Assembly (NCBI GenBank): GCA_963719085.1
Contig: CAVRAL010000001.1
Span: 160,001-224,000 of the forward strand
Length of the DNA: 64,000 bases
Source of the DNA: a candidate division FCPU426 bacterium
GTDB lineage: Bacteria > Oederibacteriota > Muellerivitia > Muellerivitales > Muellerivitaceae
Direction: 5' to 3'
The notes below the pieces were generated by a model. That model was not told where the DNA came from. It did not search any database and worked only from the letters and a program-made list of their open reading frames with translations. The translations under genes and the position numbers were made by a program. Below are positions 1-9,883 of the stretch, in pieces; position 1 is the first letter of the stretch; every line of letters starts with the position of its first letter.

Positions 1-879
1 CGTTACGTAAGCGCCTATGATTACGGCGTCAACATGCTCAAAAGCGTCAACCGCAACGCGGTCATTTTTTGCAACGGGGATATCGACATCCTGCCCCTTT
101 GGTACATGCAATACGTGCTGGGCAAAAGGCCCGAGGTGGTCAGCTTCACCATGCAGTTGATCCCTTACGATTGGTACCGGAATCCTTTAATGAAAAGATC
201 GCCCTTCCTTTATGTGCCCGTGGGCCAGGATGTGCGCCCCGAGACCGTGGTGCAGGACATGATCAACGCCCATTCCGGGGAGAAGTCATTTTATTACACG
301 AACATTTTCACGGCCGAATGGATGCGCAATAACAATCCCTCCATTCCTGAGGGCTTCATGTGGCGCATGACCAACAGCAAGGATCTGAATTATCCCTTTG
401 ATTCCAACCGCTTGAATGGCTATTGGTCCACCTACCGGCTGCGGGACATGGACGCGCCGGAGCGGGGTTATTGGGATGAGTACACGGACGTCATGAAGGA
501 CTCTTACGGCATCGGCTACGATTTCACCGGCTATTTCGGTTACATGAATAAATTGCCCCAGTTGGCGCTGTGGAGTTTCGGCAACGCCTTGCGCTACCGC
601 CAGCCCCAAACCCTTTCGCGCATTTACATGATGCTGGGTGAGACCTACTTGATGACGAACAACGGCGGGGGCGCCATGCCTTGTTACGAGGAAGTCTTGC
701 GGCGGGAACCGAATAATCCTTTCGCCATGGCCCGGATCGGGAAATGTTATTTCCTCATGAAAGACTTGGCCAACGCCGAACAGGCGTACCGGGCTTCGCT
801 GGCCGTGAATCCCCAGCAGAAGGAAGCTTTGGACGGCCTGGAAGAACTCGGTAACCTGGAGAAAAAGGCCGGAAAGTAG
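1..879 (+). CDS. DUF2723/TMEM260-like protein C-terminal part with TPR repeats (5' truncated by window)
   Basis: Frame is open from base 1. NGDIDILPLWYMQYVLGKRPEV resembles the DUF2723 motif; C-terminal TPR-like helices (AEQAYRASLAVNP). Confidence 0.65.
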   Translation, partial: RYVSAYDYGVNMLKSVNRNAVIFCNGDIDILPLWYMQYVLGKRPEVVSFTMQLIPYDWYRNPLMKRSPFLYVPVGQDVRPETVVQDMINAHSGEKSFYYTNIFTAEWMRNNNPSIPEGFMWRMTNSKDLNYPFDSNRLNGYWSTYRLRDMDAPERGYWDEYTDVMKDSYGIGYDFTGYFGYMNKLPQLALWSFGNALRYRQPQTLSRIYMMLGETYLMTNNGGGAMPCYEEVLRREPNNPFAMARIGKCYFLMKDLANAEQAYRASLAVNPQQKEALDGLEELGNLEKKAGK

Positions 880-883
880 TTTC

Positions 884-1675
884 GTGGGATCCCGTAACCT
901 TCAACTCATTGTGCAGTATGACGGCACCCCCTACGCGGGCTGGCAAAAGCAAAGGGGTTTGGAAACCGTCCAGGGAACGCTGGAAGAGCGGCTTTCCGAA
1001 ATCGCCGGGCATCCGGTGGATCTTTTAGTGGCGGGCCGCACCGACGCGGGCGTCCACGCCCTGGGACAAACCGCCAACTTTCACACCCACTCCTCCATGC
1101 CGGTCAAGCAAGTCCAAGAGGTCGTCAACCGGCTTTTGCCCCACAGCGTCCGCGTGGCTAGGGTACGGGAAGTTCCCGCCGCTTTTCACGCCACTTATCA
1201 CGCTTCCGCCAAGCTTTACCGCTATGTCATCCGCAATCATCCGGACTACACGGTTTTCGACCGGCATTTTTACCACCATGTGCGCCGGACTTTGGATGTT
1301 TCCCTCATGCAAAAAGCCGCCCATCAGTTTGAGGGAAGCCACGATTTCACTTCCTTCCGGGGTGTCCTGGGCCGGCACGCGAACCCGGTCCGGGTGATGA
1401 AAAAGATCCGGGTGACCCGCAAGGGTTCGGATGTTTATTTGGATTACCTGGGCCACTCCTTTTTACACCAGATGGTGCGCATCCTCAGCGGGACGCTGGT
1501 CTACGCCGGTTGGGAAAAACTCAAGCCCGAGGACATGCGGATGATTCTGGACGCCAAGGACCGGATGAAAGCCGGGCCCACCCTTCCGCCCACCGGCCTT
1601 TTTTTGATGAAGGTTTTTTATCCGAAAACTTTTCCACCCGTGCGCAATCGCCGCGGAGCCGGGCCGGAAGAATGA
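884..1675 (+). CDS. truA: tRNA pseudouridine(38-40) synthase
   Basis: QYDGTPYAGWQ, AGRTDAGVHALGQ, FLHQMVR and GLFL motifs. Confidence 0.97.
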   Translation: MGSRNLQLIVQYDGTPYAGWQKQRGLETVQGTLEERLSEIAGHPVDLLVAGRTDAGVHALGQTANFHTHSSMPVKQVQEVVNRLLPHSVRVARVREVPAAFHATYHASAKLYRYVIRNHPDYTVFDRHFYHHVRRTLDVSLMQKAAHQFEGSHDFTSFRGVLGRHANPVRVMKKIRVTRKGSDVYLDYLGHSFLHQMVRILSGTLVYAGWEKLKPEDMRMILDAKDRMKAGPTLPPTGLFLMKVFYPKTFPPVRNRRGAGPEE

Positions 1676-2214
1676 GTCTTTTAAGGCTGGGCGGTTTGGG
1701 GCTTTTATTAAGCGTCTTTGTTTTTTGGCAGGACCCCGTGATGGACTTTAGGCTTCATCACCCCGAATTGATCGGCCGGTTGATCCTTCTTTATGGGTTT
1801 CCCTGGCTCATCGGCGTCACGCTCTTGGCATTGGGGCCCGACTTGTTTATCCTGGAAAACGTTTGGAGGGGCTGGCTCTTAGGGACCTTCTGGTTTTGCG
1901 GCCTGCCTTGGCTCTTGGTGTGGTGTTTCCTTTGGTCCCGATTGGTTTCCCCCGGTCATTGGCAAGTGTTGACTTTGGCGGACGGTTTGGGAATTGGTTG
2001 TGCTTTGGCTTTAGGGCTGGCGGGATGGATGAGCGTGGAGGGCCGTGAAAGCCGAATTTGGTTTTCGCGCGCTTTTGGCTGGATTGTTTTTTACGAGTCT
2101 GTCTTGAATCTTTTTTTACAGCCTGGTCTCTGGTTTTTGGCCTTTTCCGCCTGCGGCGCGGGATTGATTTTATGGGCGACATTCGCCCCACGAAGGATCA
2201 GCGATGGCTTATGA
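1672..2214 (+). CDS. hypothetical integral membrane protein
   Basis: ATGA overlap with the truA stop; several hydrophobic Trp/Gly-rich segments; 3' end overlaps the ubiD start. Confidence 0.6.
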   Translation: MSLLRLGGLGLLLSVFVFWQDPVMDFRLHHPELIGRLILLYGFPWLIGVTLLALGPDLFILENVWRGWLLGTFWFCGLPWLLVWCFLWSRLVSPGHWQVLTLADGLGIGCALALGLAGWMSVEGRESRIWFSRAFGWIVFYESVLNLFLQPGLWFLAFSACGAGLILWATFAPRRISDGL

Positions 2215-3652
2215 ATCCCTGGACGCCTTTATCGAGTTTCTTGAGAAAAAAGGCGAACTTGTCCGCGTCAAAGAAGAAGTCGATCCAGTCCTTGAAGTCA
2301 CCGCCATCGTGGATAAAGTCTCCAAGTCGCCGGAGGGGGGCAAAGCCCTTCTTTTTGAGAAACCCAAAGGCAGCGCTTACCCGCTTTTGATCAACGCGTT
2401 TGGCTCGACCCGCCGCATGGCCTGGGCGCTCGGCGTGGGGAATCTGGAAGAGCACGCCCAGGCGATCCGGGAGCTGCTTGACCTGAAACCGCCCAAGGGT
2501 TTGATGGACAAAATTAAGTTCCTTCCCAAATTGGCGGAAGTGGCTAAATTCCCACCGGTGGAAATTTCCAAAGGCGCCTGCCAGGAAGTCGTTGAAAAAG
2601 ATCCGGACCTCCACACCTTACCGATCTTGAAATGCTGGCCCGAGGATGGCGGCCGCTTTATTACCTTGCCCTTGGTTTACACGAAGGACCCCGAAACGGG
2701 CGTCGGCAATATCGGCATGTACCGCCTGCAGATCCATGATTCCAAATCCACCGGCATGCATTGGCAGGTGCATCATGGGGGGGCGGGGCACCATCGCAAG
2801 GCGGAGAAAATGGGGAAGCGGCTCGAGGTGGCGGTGGCCATTGGAGGCGACCCGGCCCTGACTTACGCGGCGACAGCGCCTTTGCCCGAAGGCATTGATG
2901 AGCTTTTATTCGCCGGTTTTTTGAGAAAAAAACCCGTGGAATTGGTGAAGTGCAAGACGGTTGATTTATGGGTGCACGCCGACGCGGACTTTGTTTTGGA
3001 AGGCTACGTGGAGCCGGGCGAGCGCAAGCGGGAAGGCCCCTTCGGCGACCATACGGGCTATTACAGTTTGGCCGACGACTATCCGGTTTTCCATGTCACC
3101 GCCCTGACCCACCGGAAAAAACCGGTTTACCTGACCACGATTGTGGGCAAACCCCCGATGGAAGACGGTTATTTGGGTAAAGCCACCGAGCGTTTGTTTC
3201 TTCCGCTGCTTCAAAAAGTTTTGCCGGAAATTGTCGACATGGACATGCCGGTCGAGGGGATTTTCCATAATTTGGTGATTGTTTCCATCGATAAACAATA
3301 TCCCCAACAGGCCCGCAAGGTCATGTTCGCCCTCTGGGGGCTGGGCCAGATGATGCTCAATAAAATCCTCGTCGTGGTGGATAAGGATACGGATGTGCAT
3401 AACTACGGTCAGGTGCTTTGGCGGGTGGGCAATTGCATGGACGCCAAACGGGATACCTTGATTGTGGACGGGCCTTTGGATGTGCTGGACCACGCCTCGC
3501 CCCAATGGGGCTGGGGCGGCAAGATCGGCATCGACGCCACCCGCAAATGGAAAGAAGAGGGGTTTAACCGGGAATGGCCGGACGAATTAACGATGGACCC
3601 GAAGGTCCAGGAGAAGGTTTTGCCGATCCTTAAAAAATACGGTTTCCTTTAA
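2204..3652 (+). CDS. ubiD: UbiD-family menaquinone biosynthesis decarboxylase
   Basis: EGPFGDHTGYY, GKPPMED, LDHAS and GGKIGIDAT motifs; mqn cluster context. Confidence 0.93.
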   Translation: MAYESLDAFIEFLEKKGELVRVKEEVDPVLEVTAIVDKVSKSPEGGKALLFEKPKGSAYPLLINAFGSTRRMAWALGVGNLEEHAQAIRELLDLKPPKGLMDKIKFLPKLAEVAKFPPVEISKGACQEVVEKDPDLHTLPILKCWPEDGGRFITLPLVYTKDPETGVGNIGMYRLQIHDSKSTGMHWQVHHGGAGHHRKAEKMGKRLEVAVAIGGDPALTYAATAPLPEGIDELLFAGFLRKKPVELVKCKTVDLWVHADADFVLEGYVEPGERKREGPFGDHTGYYSLADDYPVFHVTALTHRKKPVYLTTIVGKPPMEDGYLGKATERLFLPLLQKVLPEIVDMDMPVEGIFHNLVIVSIDKQYPQQARKVMFALWGLGQMMLNKILVVVDKDTDVHNYGQVLWRVGNCMDAKRDTLIVDGPLDVLDHASPQWGWGGKIGIDATRKWKEEGFNREWPDELTMDPKVQEKVLPILKKYGFL

Positions 3653-3771
3653 GCGGAAACCGTCTGCCTAAACGTAACCTGGATTTTCCATTGATTATTT
3701 GCTTCGCCCCGCCTCTTTTTCTAAACTCCAACCAGACCTAAATTGAATCAAAGGATTGGAAGGAGACAGTT

Positions 3772-4122
3772 ATGGCATTGACAAAAGAGCAGGTTTTAAA
3801 GGAATTGAAAGCCGATCATGTGGTGATTTTGAATGTTTTGCCTGAAGCGGAGTATCGAAAGCTCCACATCAAAGGCTCCCGAAACCTCCCGTTGGGAGAG
3901 GACTCCGGCGCCTTTCTCGACGCCGTCGAGGAACAATTCGGACGGGGTAAGTTGTTCATCACTTATTGCGCCGGACCGAGTTGTTCCGCCGGTCCCCACG
4001 CGGCAAAGCTTCTGAATGAAAATGGATTCAAGGCCGAGGATTATCCCGGTGGTATCGAGGAATGGCATGACAATGGATTGCCGGTGGAAGGAAGCATGGA
4101 AGAAGTTCCATTGAAGGCTTAA
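3772..4122 (+). CDS. rhodanese-like domain protein
   Basis: HIKGSRNLP, YCAGPSC and YPGGIEEW motifs; AAGGAG RBS. Confidence 0.88.
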   Translation: MALTKEQVLKELKADHVVILNVLPEAEYRKLHIKGSRNLPLGEDSGAFLDAVEEQFGRGKLFITYCAGPSCSAGPHAAKLLNENGFKAEDYPGGIEEWHDNGLPVEGSMEEVPLKA

Positions 4123-4151
4123 TTTTCAGGGTTTTAATAAAGTTTTAAAGT

Positions 4152-4192
4152 AAAGGCCTGTTTTCCTAGGGGAAGGCGGGCCTTTTTATTTT
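4152..4192 (+). terminator. intrinsic terminator after the rhodanese gene
   Basis: AAAGGCCTG...CGGGCCTTT stem followed by a T-rich run. Confidence 0.65.
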
Positions 4193-4248
4193 GATTAAAA
4201 TTGGTTATAAAAGTCCCTCGGCCGCATACCCAAAGACCAAGGAATGCC

Positions 4249-4932
4249 ATGAGCCAAACCATCCAGCAGATGTTTTCCCGCATTGCCCCGACCTATGACC
4301 AGGCCAATCACGCCCTGTCCTTCAATAAAGACATTCAGTGGCGTAAAGATGCGGTAAGCCAAGCGGCCCAAGACGGCTTCAAGCCCCGTCTGGTTCTGGA
4401 TCTTTGCGCGGGTACGGGGGATTTCGCGCTGGCGGTAAAGGAACAATGGCCCGAGGCCAAGGTCGCGCTGGCCGATTTCGCCAAGCCCATGTTGGTCTTG
4501 GCCAAACAAAAAGCGGGAACCAGCTTTGATTACTTGGAGGCGGACGCCTTGAAACTGCCTTTCCAAGATTTTTCTTTCGATTTGGTGGTTTGCGGTTTCG
4601 GGGTCCGGAACCTGGACTCGGTGGAAGCGGGGCTCAAAGAAATCGCCCGGGTCTTGAAGCCCGGCGGCAAGGCCGTGATCCTTGAGTTTTTTAAACCCAC
4701 GGGCTTTTTGGCCAAACTGGCCTATACCTTTTATGTGGGGACGATTCTTCCGATGCGGGGCGGCGCCATTTCCAAGGATAAAGCCGCTTACGAGTATCTG
4801 CAAAAGTCCTCCAAGCAATTTTTGTCCTTGAACGATTTCAAAGCGATCTTGGAAAAAAACGGGTTTAAGGATGTCATGGTTAAGAGCCAAACGATGGGTG
4901 TGGCGGCTAGTTTGGTGGCGGTAAGGAAGTAA
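4249..4932 (+). CDS. ubiE: UbiE/MenG demethylmenaquinone methyltransferase
   Basis: MFSRIAPTYDQAN, LDLCAGTGD, FGVRN, RVLKPGG and AYEYL motifs; start placed at ATG 4249. Confidence 0.92.
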   Translation: MSQTIQQMFSRIAPTYDQANHALSFNKDIQWRKDAVSQAAQDGFKPRLVLDLCAGTGDFALAVKEQWPEAKVALADFAKPMLVLAKQKAGTSFDYLEADALKLPFQDFSFDLVVCGFGVRNLDSVEAGLKEIARVLKPGGKAVILEFFKPTGFLAKLAYTFYVGTILPMRGGAISKDKAAYEYLQKSSKQFLSLNDFKAILEKNGFKDVMVKSQTMGVAASLVAVRK

Positions 4933-5043
4933 GTGACGGCAACTTTATTAACCGTCATTGCGACGCGGCAATCTCAGTTTGTGGGTTGTTTTTGGAGGTG
5001 ACGTCTTAATTCCACAAATTCAAAATGGGAAGATAAAGGAAAT

Positions 5044-5619
5044 ATGAAAAAAATATTTATCGCTGTCACCGGGGCTTCCGGCACACTCTATGCCCGGCGC
5101 TTCTTCCAGCACCTTCCCTATGACGATTGGGAAGTGCATGCTTGCGTGTCATCATCCGCCCGAATCGTGGCTTCGCATGAAGGGGGATTGAACCTGCCGC
5201 CGCACGTCAAAGAGTGGGATGAGAAAGACCTGACGGCTCCCGTGGCCAGCGGCTCCAACAAATTCGAGGCCATGGTGGCGGTGCCTTGTTCCACGGCGAC
5301 TTTAGGCAAGCTGGCCCATGGGATCGCCGATAACCTGATCACCCGGGCGGGCGAGGTTTTTTTAAAGGAACGCCGGAGGCTCATCCTGGTCCAACGGGAA
5401 ACGCCCCTGTCGCTGATCCAGATCAAAAACATGGAACTCTTGACCTTGGCGGGCGCCCATCTGATTCCGGCCAACCCGAGCTTTTACGGACAACCCAAAA
5501 CGATCGAGGATTTGGCCGATACGGTGATTGCCCGGGTTTACGACCACGCCGGGATCCAGGCTGAGGTCGCCAAACGCTGGCGGGCCGAGGAAGCCCGTAA
5601 GCTTCCGAACGAAAAATAA
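5044..5619 (+). CDS. ubiX: flavin prenyltransferase UbiX
   Basis: TGASG, ASGS, PCS, RETPL and PSFY motifs. Confidence 0.95.
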   Translation: MKKIFIAVTGASGTLYARRFFQHLPYDDWEVHACVSSSARIVASHEGGLNLPPHVKEWDEKDLTAPVASGSNKFEAMVAVPCSTATLGKLAHGIADNLITRAGEVFLKERRRLILVQRETPLSLIQIKNMELLTLAGAHLIPANPSFYGQPKTIEDLADTVIARVYDHAGIQAEVAKRWRAEEARKLPNEK

Positions 5620-5674
5620 GTTAAAAAACAAAGCCGCCGGGGGTGCCTTGGGGGCGGGCTTTTGAATATAATCT

Positions 5675-5825
5675 CCCCGCTTCGCCCAAAGGCGAAAAGC
5701 GCTGCGCCGGGCAGGTCCGGCTTCGTTTAAAGCCAAAAACCGATGTGTTAGATATAGCTCGTAGAGTCCAGGGAATATAACGCTGTACGTGACGGGCATG
5801 CCCGGCGTAGCGCAGCGAAGACGGG
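5675..5825. repeat. inverted pair of REP-like palindromes
   Basis: CCCCGCTTCGC...GCGCTGCGCCGGGCA and TGCCCGGCGTAGCGCAGCGAAGACGGG are complementary arms in the ubiX-ubiA gap. Confidence 0.55.
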
Positions 5826-5836
5826 AAAGGGAAGAA

Positions 5837-6706
5837 ATGCTCAAGCAACTCAAAGACTGGTCCAACCTGATTGTTTTGTCCCATTCGGTTTTCGCCCTGC
5901 CTTTCGCTTTGGCGAGCCTTTTGGTGGCGACCCGTCATCAACCTTCCGGGCATCTGACCTTGCTGGTTATTTTGGCCATGTTTTTCGCCCGCACCGCCGC
6001 GATGGCCTACAACCGGGTCGTGGACGCGGATATGGACGCCTTAAATCCCCGGACCCAGAACCGGGAAATCCCCTCAGGCAAAATTTCAAAGATACACGTT
6101 TTGATATTGACCTGGCTGTCCGCCGCCGGCTTTTTGGCCGCCTGTTATTTCATTGGGGGATTGGCGTTTAAATTGTCACCGCTGGCTCTTTTCATCATCT
6201 TTTTTTATTCCCAAACCAAGCGCTATACCTGGCTTTGTCACCTGGTCTTAGGGCTGGCTTTGGGGCTGGCGCCCATGGGGGCTTGGATCGCCGCCCGGGG
6301 AACGATTGACGCCGCGCCCTTTTTTCTTTTACTGGGTGTGCTTTGTTTCGTGGCGGGCTTTGACATTCTTTACGCCATCAAGGACGTGGCCTTTGACAAA
6401 ACCCATGGGCTTCATTCCTGGCCGGAGCGTTGGGGCATTCGCTCCAGTTTGAGGGCGTCTCGAATTCTGCATTTCGCCATGTTGGGATTTCTGGCCGGTT
6501 TCGGGGTTCTGGCGCAGTTAAGCCCCATTTATATTTACGGGCTTACCTTGATCGGCGTTTTCCTGATTTATCAGCATTCGAGAATTTTCACCTATGAACG
6601 GGACCGTAAAAGCGGGGAGTTCGTCCTGCCCATCGACGTTTTGAGCTTGAACGGATGGGTTTCGGTTATTTTCCTCGTCATCGTGGGAGCGAGCCTATGG
6701 TTTTAA
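5837..6706 (+). CDS. ubiA: UbiA-family prenyltransferase (MqnP-like)
   Basis: HSVFALPFA, NRVVDADMDALNPRT and GFDILYA motifs; start placed at ATG 5837. Confidence 0.92.
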   Translation: MLKQLKDWSNLIVLSHSVFALPFALASLLVATRHQPSGHLTLLVILAMFFARTAAMAYNRVVDADMDALNPRTQNREIPSGKISKIHVLILTWLSAAGFLAACYFIGGLAFKLSPLALFIIFFYSQTKRYTWLCHLVLGLALGLAPMGAWIAARGTIDAAPFFLLLGVLCFVAGFDILYAIKDVAFDKTHGLHSWPERWGIRSSLRASRILHFAMLGFLAGFGVLAQLSPIYIYGLTLIGVFLIYQHSRIFTYERDRKSGEFVLPIDVLSLNGWVSVIFLVIVGASLWF

Positions 6707-7818
6707 AGAAATCCATCCAACAGTCGCCGATCCGGGACCTTTACGAAAAGGTCGAGGCGGGAACCCGTATTACGGACGCGGACGCCTTGCGTCTTTTCGA
6801 GACCAATGATCTTTACACCCTGGGCGCCATGGCCAATCTGGTCCGCGAGCGCAAAAACGGCAATAACACCTACTACAACATCAACCGCCACATCGATTAC
6901 ACCAATGTTTGTTCCACGTCCTGTAAGTTTTGCGCCTTCTCCCGCTTTGAGGGGGAAGAAGGGGCTTTTGAGTTCACCCACCAACAGATCGTCCAAAAGG
7001 CCAAAGAGGCGGTTGAGAAGGAACACATCACCGAGCTTCACATCGTGGGCGGGCTTCACCCGACTTATGAGCTGGAATGGTACGAGCAAATGCTGAGCCT
7101 GTTGAAAAAGAACGTCCCCACCGTGCATTTGAAATGTTTCACGGGCGTTGAGATTAATTTTTTCGCCGATAAATACAATATGAGCTACGAGCAGATATTG
7201 ACCCGTTTAAAGGCCGCGGGATTGGACTCCATGCCCGGCGGCGGCGCCGAGATTTTTCATCCCGAGGTCCGCGAGGAAATTTGCCCCGAGAAGGCCACCG
7301 CGGACCAATGGATCGCGGTTCACCGTACGGCCCATAAGCTGGGCCTCAAGACCAACGCCACCATGCTTTACGGCCATATTGAGAAATACCACCACCGCGT
7401 GGACCATATGAGGCGCCTGCGGGAGCTGCAGGATGAAACCGGCGGGTTCCAGACCTTTATCCCCCTGGCCTTTCACCCCGACCATACGGCCATGGATCAT
7501 TTCGCGCGGCCCAGCGGCATGGAAGACTTGAAGACCCTGGCGATCGGCCGGGTTTACCTGGATAATTTCCCTCATATCAAAGCCTACTGGATCATGCTGG
7601 GCATCCGGTTGGCGCAGTTGTCGCTTTCCTATGGGGTGGATGACGTGGATGGAACCGTGATTGAGGAAAAGATTTACCACATGGCCGGCGCCGATACGCC
7701 GGAGATTATGACGGTCGAGGCTTTGCGGGCCGTGATTCGGGAAGCGGGCCGGATGCCCGTGGAACGGGACACGCTTTATCGGGAACTGAAGCCCATGCCG
7801 GAAACGGCTGTAGTCTAA
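6697..7818 (+). CDS. mqnE: aminofutalosine synthase (radical SAM)
   Basis: CSTSCKFCAF, PGGGAEIF, TMLYGHIE, HIKAYW and EEKIYHMAGA motifs. Confidence 0.95.
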   Translation: MVLKKSIQQSPIRDLYEKVEAGTRITDADALRLFETNDLYTLGAMANLVRERKNGNNTYYNINRHIDYTNVCSTSCKFCAFSRFEGEEGAFEFTHQQIVQKAKEAVEKEHITELHIVGGLHPTYELEWYEQMLSLLKKNVPTVHLKCFTGVEINFFADKYNMSYEQILTRLKAAGLDSMPGGGAEIFHPEVREEICPEKATADQWIAVHRTAHKLGLKTNATMLYGHIEKYHHRVDHMRRLRELQDETGGFQTFIPLAFHPDHTAMDHFARPSGMEDLKTLAIGRVYLDNFPHIKAYWIMLGIRLAQLSLSYGVDDVDGTVIEEKIYHMAGADTPEIMTVEALRAVIREAGRMPVERDTLYRELKPMPETAVV

Positions 7819-7825
7819 AAGGCTT

Positions 7826-7913
7826 TTACCGCCAAGACGCCAAGGAAGTCTTTTGGGGAAAAAATAATCGACGTTCAAAGTTTTTCTTGGTGTCTTTGTG
7901 TCTTGGTGGTGAA
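7826..7913 (+). repeat. CCAAG/CTTGG 8-mer periodic palindrome (family A, copy 1)
   Basis: TTACCGCCAAGACGCCAAG ... CTTTGTGTCTTGGTGGTGAA; five related copies lie in the dcw cluster. Confidence 0.85.
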
Positions 7914-7954
7914 CAGGTGTAGGTGATTACTTTAATCTGCTCAAAGAGGAAATT

Positions 7955-8809
7955 ATGTCTGAAACAACCCTAACACCGCCCCCCGCTGATTCCACCGTGC
8001 CGGCCGCGGCCCCGGTTGTCGTTGAAGCCCCTCCCGCTAGAAAAAATGTCCGGTCCCGAAAAATCGGAGTGGTGCCATTCTTAAACGCCCAGCCCCTGAT
8101 TTGGGGTTTGGCCCAGATCCATCAATTATCCCAAGTGGCGCCCAACGCCATGGGGAAGGCTTTAAAAGAAGGGTCGCTCGACATCGCTTTGGCTCCCATC
8201 GCGGCCAGCTTTCTCAATCCTGAACTGGTGATCGTTCCCGCGGGAGCCATCGGCTCCAAGGGCGCGGTTAAAAGCGTGAGGCTATTAGTCAATGGCGCAC
8301 CCCAATCCATCCGCCGCTTGTTCGTGGATGACCGCTCTCAAACGTCCGTGCTGCTGTCCCGTTTAATCCTGAAGCGCTGGTTTGGCGTGAAGGATTTGGA
8401 GGTGAAGCCCGTGGACATGAAAAGCTTTCACCCCGGCCAGACCAAGCCCTGGGAAGCGACCCTGGAATTCGGGGACAAGGCCCTGACCGCGGCTCCCTCG
8501 GGCATGACGGTACTTGATTTAGGGGAAGAATGGTCCCGTTATACGGGCCAGCCTTTTGTCTTCGCTGTTTGGATGGCGCGAAATCAGGAAATCGCGGCGG
8601 AGTTGAAGGAACAGTTGGAAGAAGCGAAAGCCCAGGGGCTCCAGCACCTGGAAGAAATCACCAATCAATATCAAGGGATCTGGCAGTTCAAACGCGTGGA
8701 CGCCAAGGCCTACTTGGAAAAAAGCATCGATTATAACTATGGCCCGGCCGAGCAACAGGGCCACGCTGAATTTCAGCGGCTATTAAAAGAAGAGGGGCTC
8801 CTATCATGA
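7955..8809 (+). CDS. mqnA: chorismate dehydratase (MqnA-like)
   Basis: FLNAQPL, GAVKSV, SQTSVLL, GDKAL and DLGEEW..TGQPFVFAVW motifs. Confidence 0.9.
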   Translation: MSETTLTPPPADSTVPAAAPVVVEAPPARKNVRSRKIGVVPFLNAQPLIWGLAQIHQLSQVAPNAMGKALKEGSLDIALAPIAASFLNPELVIVPAGAIGSKGAVKSVRLLVNGAPQSIRRLFVDDRSQTSVLLSRLILKRWFGVKDLEVKPVDMKSFHPGQTKPWEATLEFGDKALTAAPSGMTVLDLGEEWSRYTGQPFVFAVWMARNQEIAAELKEQLEEAKAQGLQHLEEITNQYQGIWQFKRVDAKAYLEKSIDYNYGPAEQQGHAEFQRLLKEEGLLS

Positions 8810-9879
8810 CCACGGCTTCCCTGGAAACGCTGCAAGAAAAAATTCTCGACGGCCATGTGGTGAACCGGCAGGAAGCGCTGGAACTTTACCAGCAATCCAG
8901 CTTGAACGACTTGGGATCCATCGCCGACACGCTGAAGGTGCGGTCCCGGGGCGATAAGATCGCCACTTATTTGATCGACCGCAACATCAATTACACCAAT
9001 GTTTGCGTGACGGTTTGCAAATTTTGCGCTTTTTACCGGGAGCCCGGCCATAACGAGGGTTACGTCCATGAGGCCGACAAGATTCTGCATAAAATCGCCG
9101 AGGCCAAGGAAAAGGGCTGTACCCAGATTCTTTTGCAAGGCGGGCACCATCCGGACCTGACGCTGGACTGGTACCTGAACATGCTCTCCAAGATTAAAAC
9201 CACCCATCCGGACGTCACCCTGCACGCTTTTTCGCCCTCGGAATTGGTCCATTTCGCCGAGACTTTCCGGATGCCGGTAAAAGAAATTTTGATCAAGTTC
9301 CGCGAGGCGGGCATGGATTCCATGCCGGGCGGCGGGGCTGAGATTTTGGTCGACCGGGTCCGCAAAGAAATCGCGCCGCTCAAGGCCTCCACGGACGAAT
9401 GGTTGAACGTGATGCGGGACCTGCACGCGCTGGGCATGAAATCAACCGCCACCATGATGTTCGGCCACGTGGAAACCGTGGAAGAACGGGTGGAGCATAT
9501 TTTCAGGGTCCGCGAGGTGCAGGAAGAAACCGGCGGCTTTTTAGGGTTCATTCCCTGGCTTTACCAGCCGGGCAACGAAAGCTTGGGGCTCAAGAGCGCC
9601 AGCGGCATGGAATATTTAAAAACCCTGGCCTTGGCCCGGGTGATTTTGAACCACTGCCTGCCGAACCTTCAGGCTTCCTGGGTGACGCCGGGCAAAAAGA
9701 TCGGCCAATTGGGCCTCAAATACGGCGCCAACGATTTGGGAAGCATCATGTTGGAGGAAAACGTGGTCGCGTCCACGGGCTTGCGGTACCTGATGAGCGT
9801 TGAGGAAATGCGCCGCCTGATCACCGAAATGGGTTATGAACCGCACCAGCGGGATACTTTTTATAACCTGGTGAACTAA
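8806..9879 (+). CDS. mqnC: cyclic dehypoxanthine futalosine synthase (radical SAM)
   Basis: DRNINYTNVCVTVCKFCAF, LLQGGHHP, QASWVT and GANDLGSIMLEENVV motifs. Confidence 0.95.
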   Translation: MTTASLETLQEKILDGHVVNRQEALELYQQSSLNDLGSIADTLKVRSRGDKIATYLIDRNINYTNVCVTVCKFCAFYREPGHNEGYVHEADKILHKIAEAKEKGCTQILLQGGHHPDLTLDWYLNMLSKIKTTHPDVTLHAFSPSELVHFAETFRMPVKEILIKFREAGMDSMPGGGAEILVDRVRKEIAPLKASTDEWLNVMRDLHALGMKSTATMMFGHVETVEERVEHIFRVREVQEETGGFLGFIPWLYQPGNESLGLKSASGMEYLKTLALARVILNHCLPNLQASWVTPGKKIGQLGLKYGANDLGSIMLEENVVASTGLRYLMSVEEMRRLITEMGYEPHQRDTFYNLVN

Positions 9880-9883
9880 GGCC

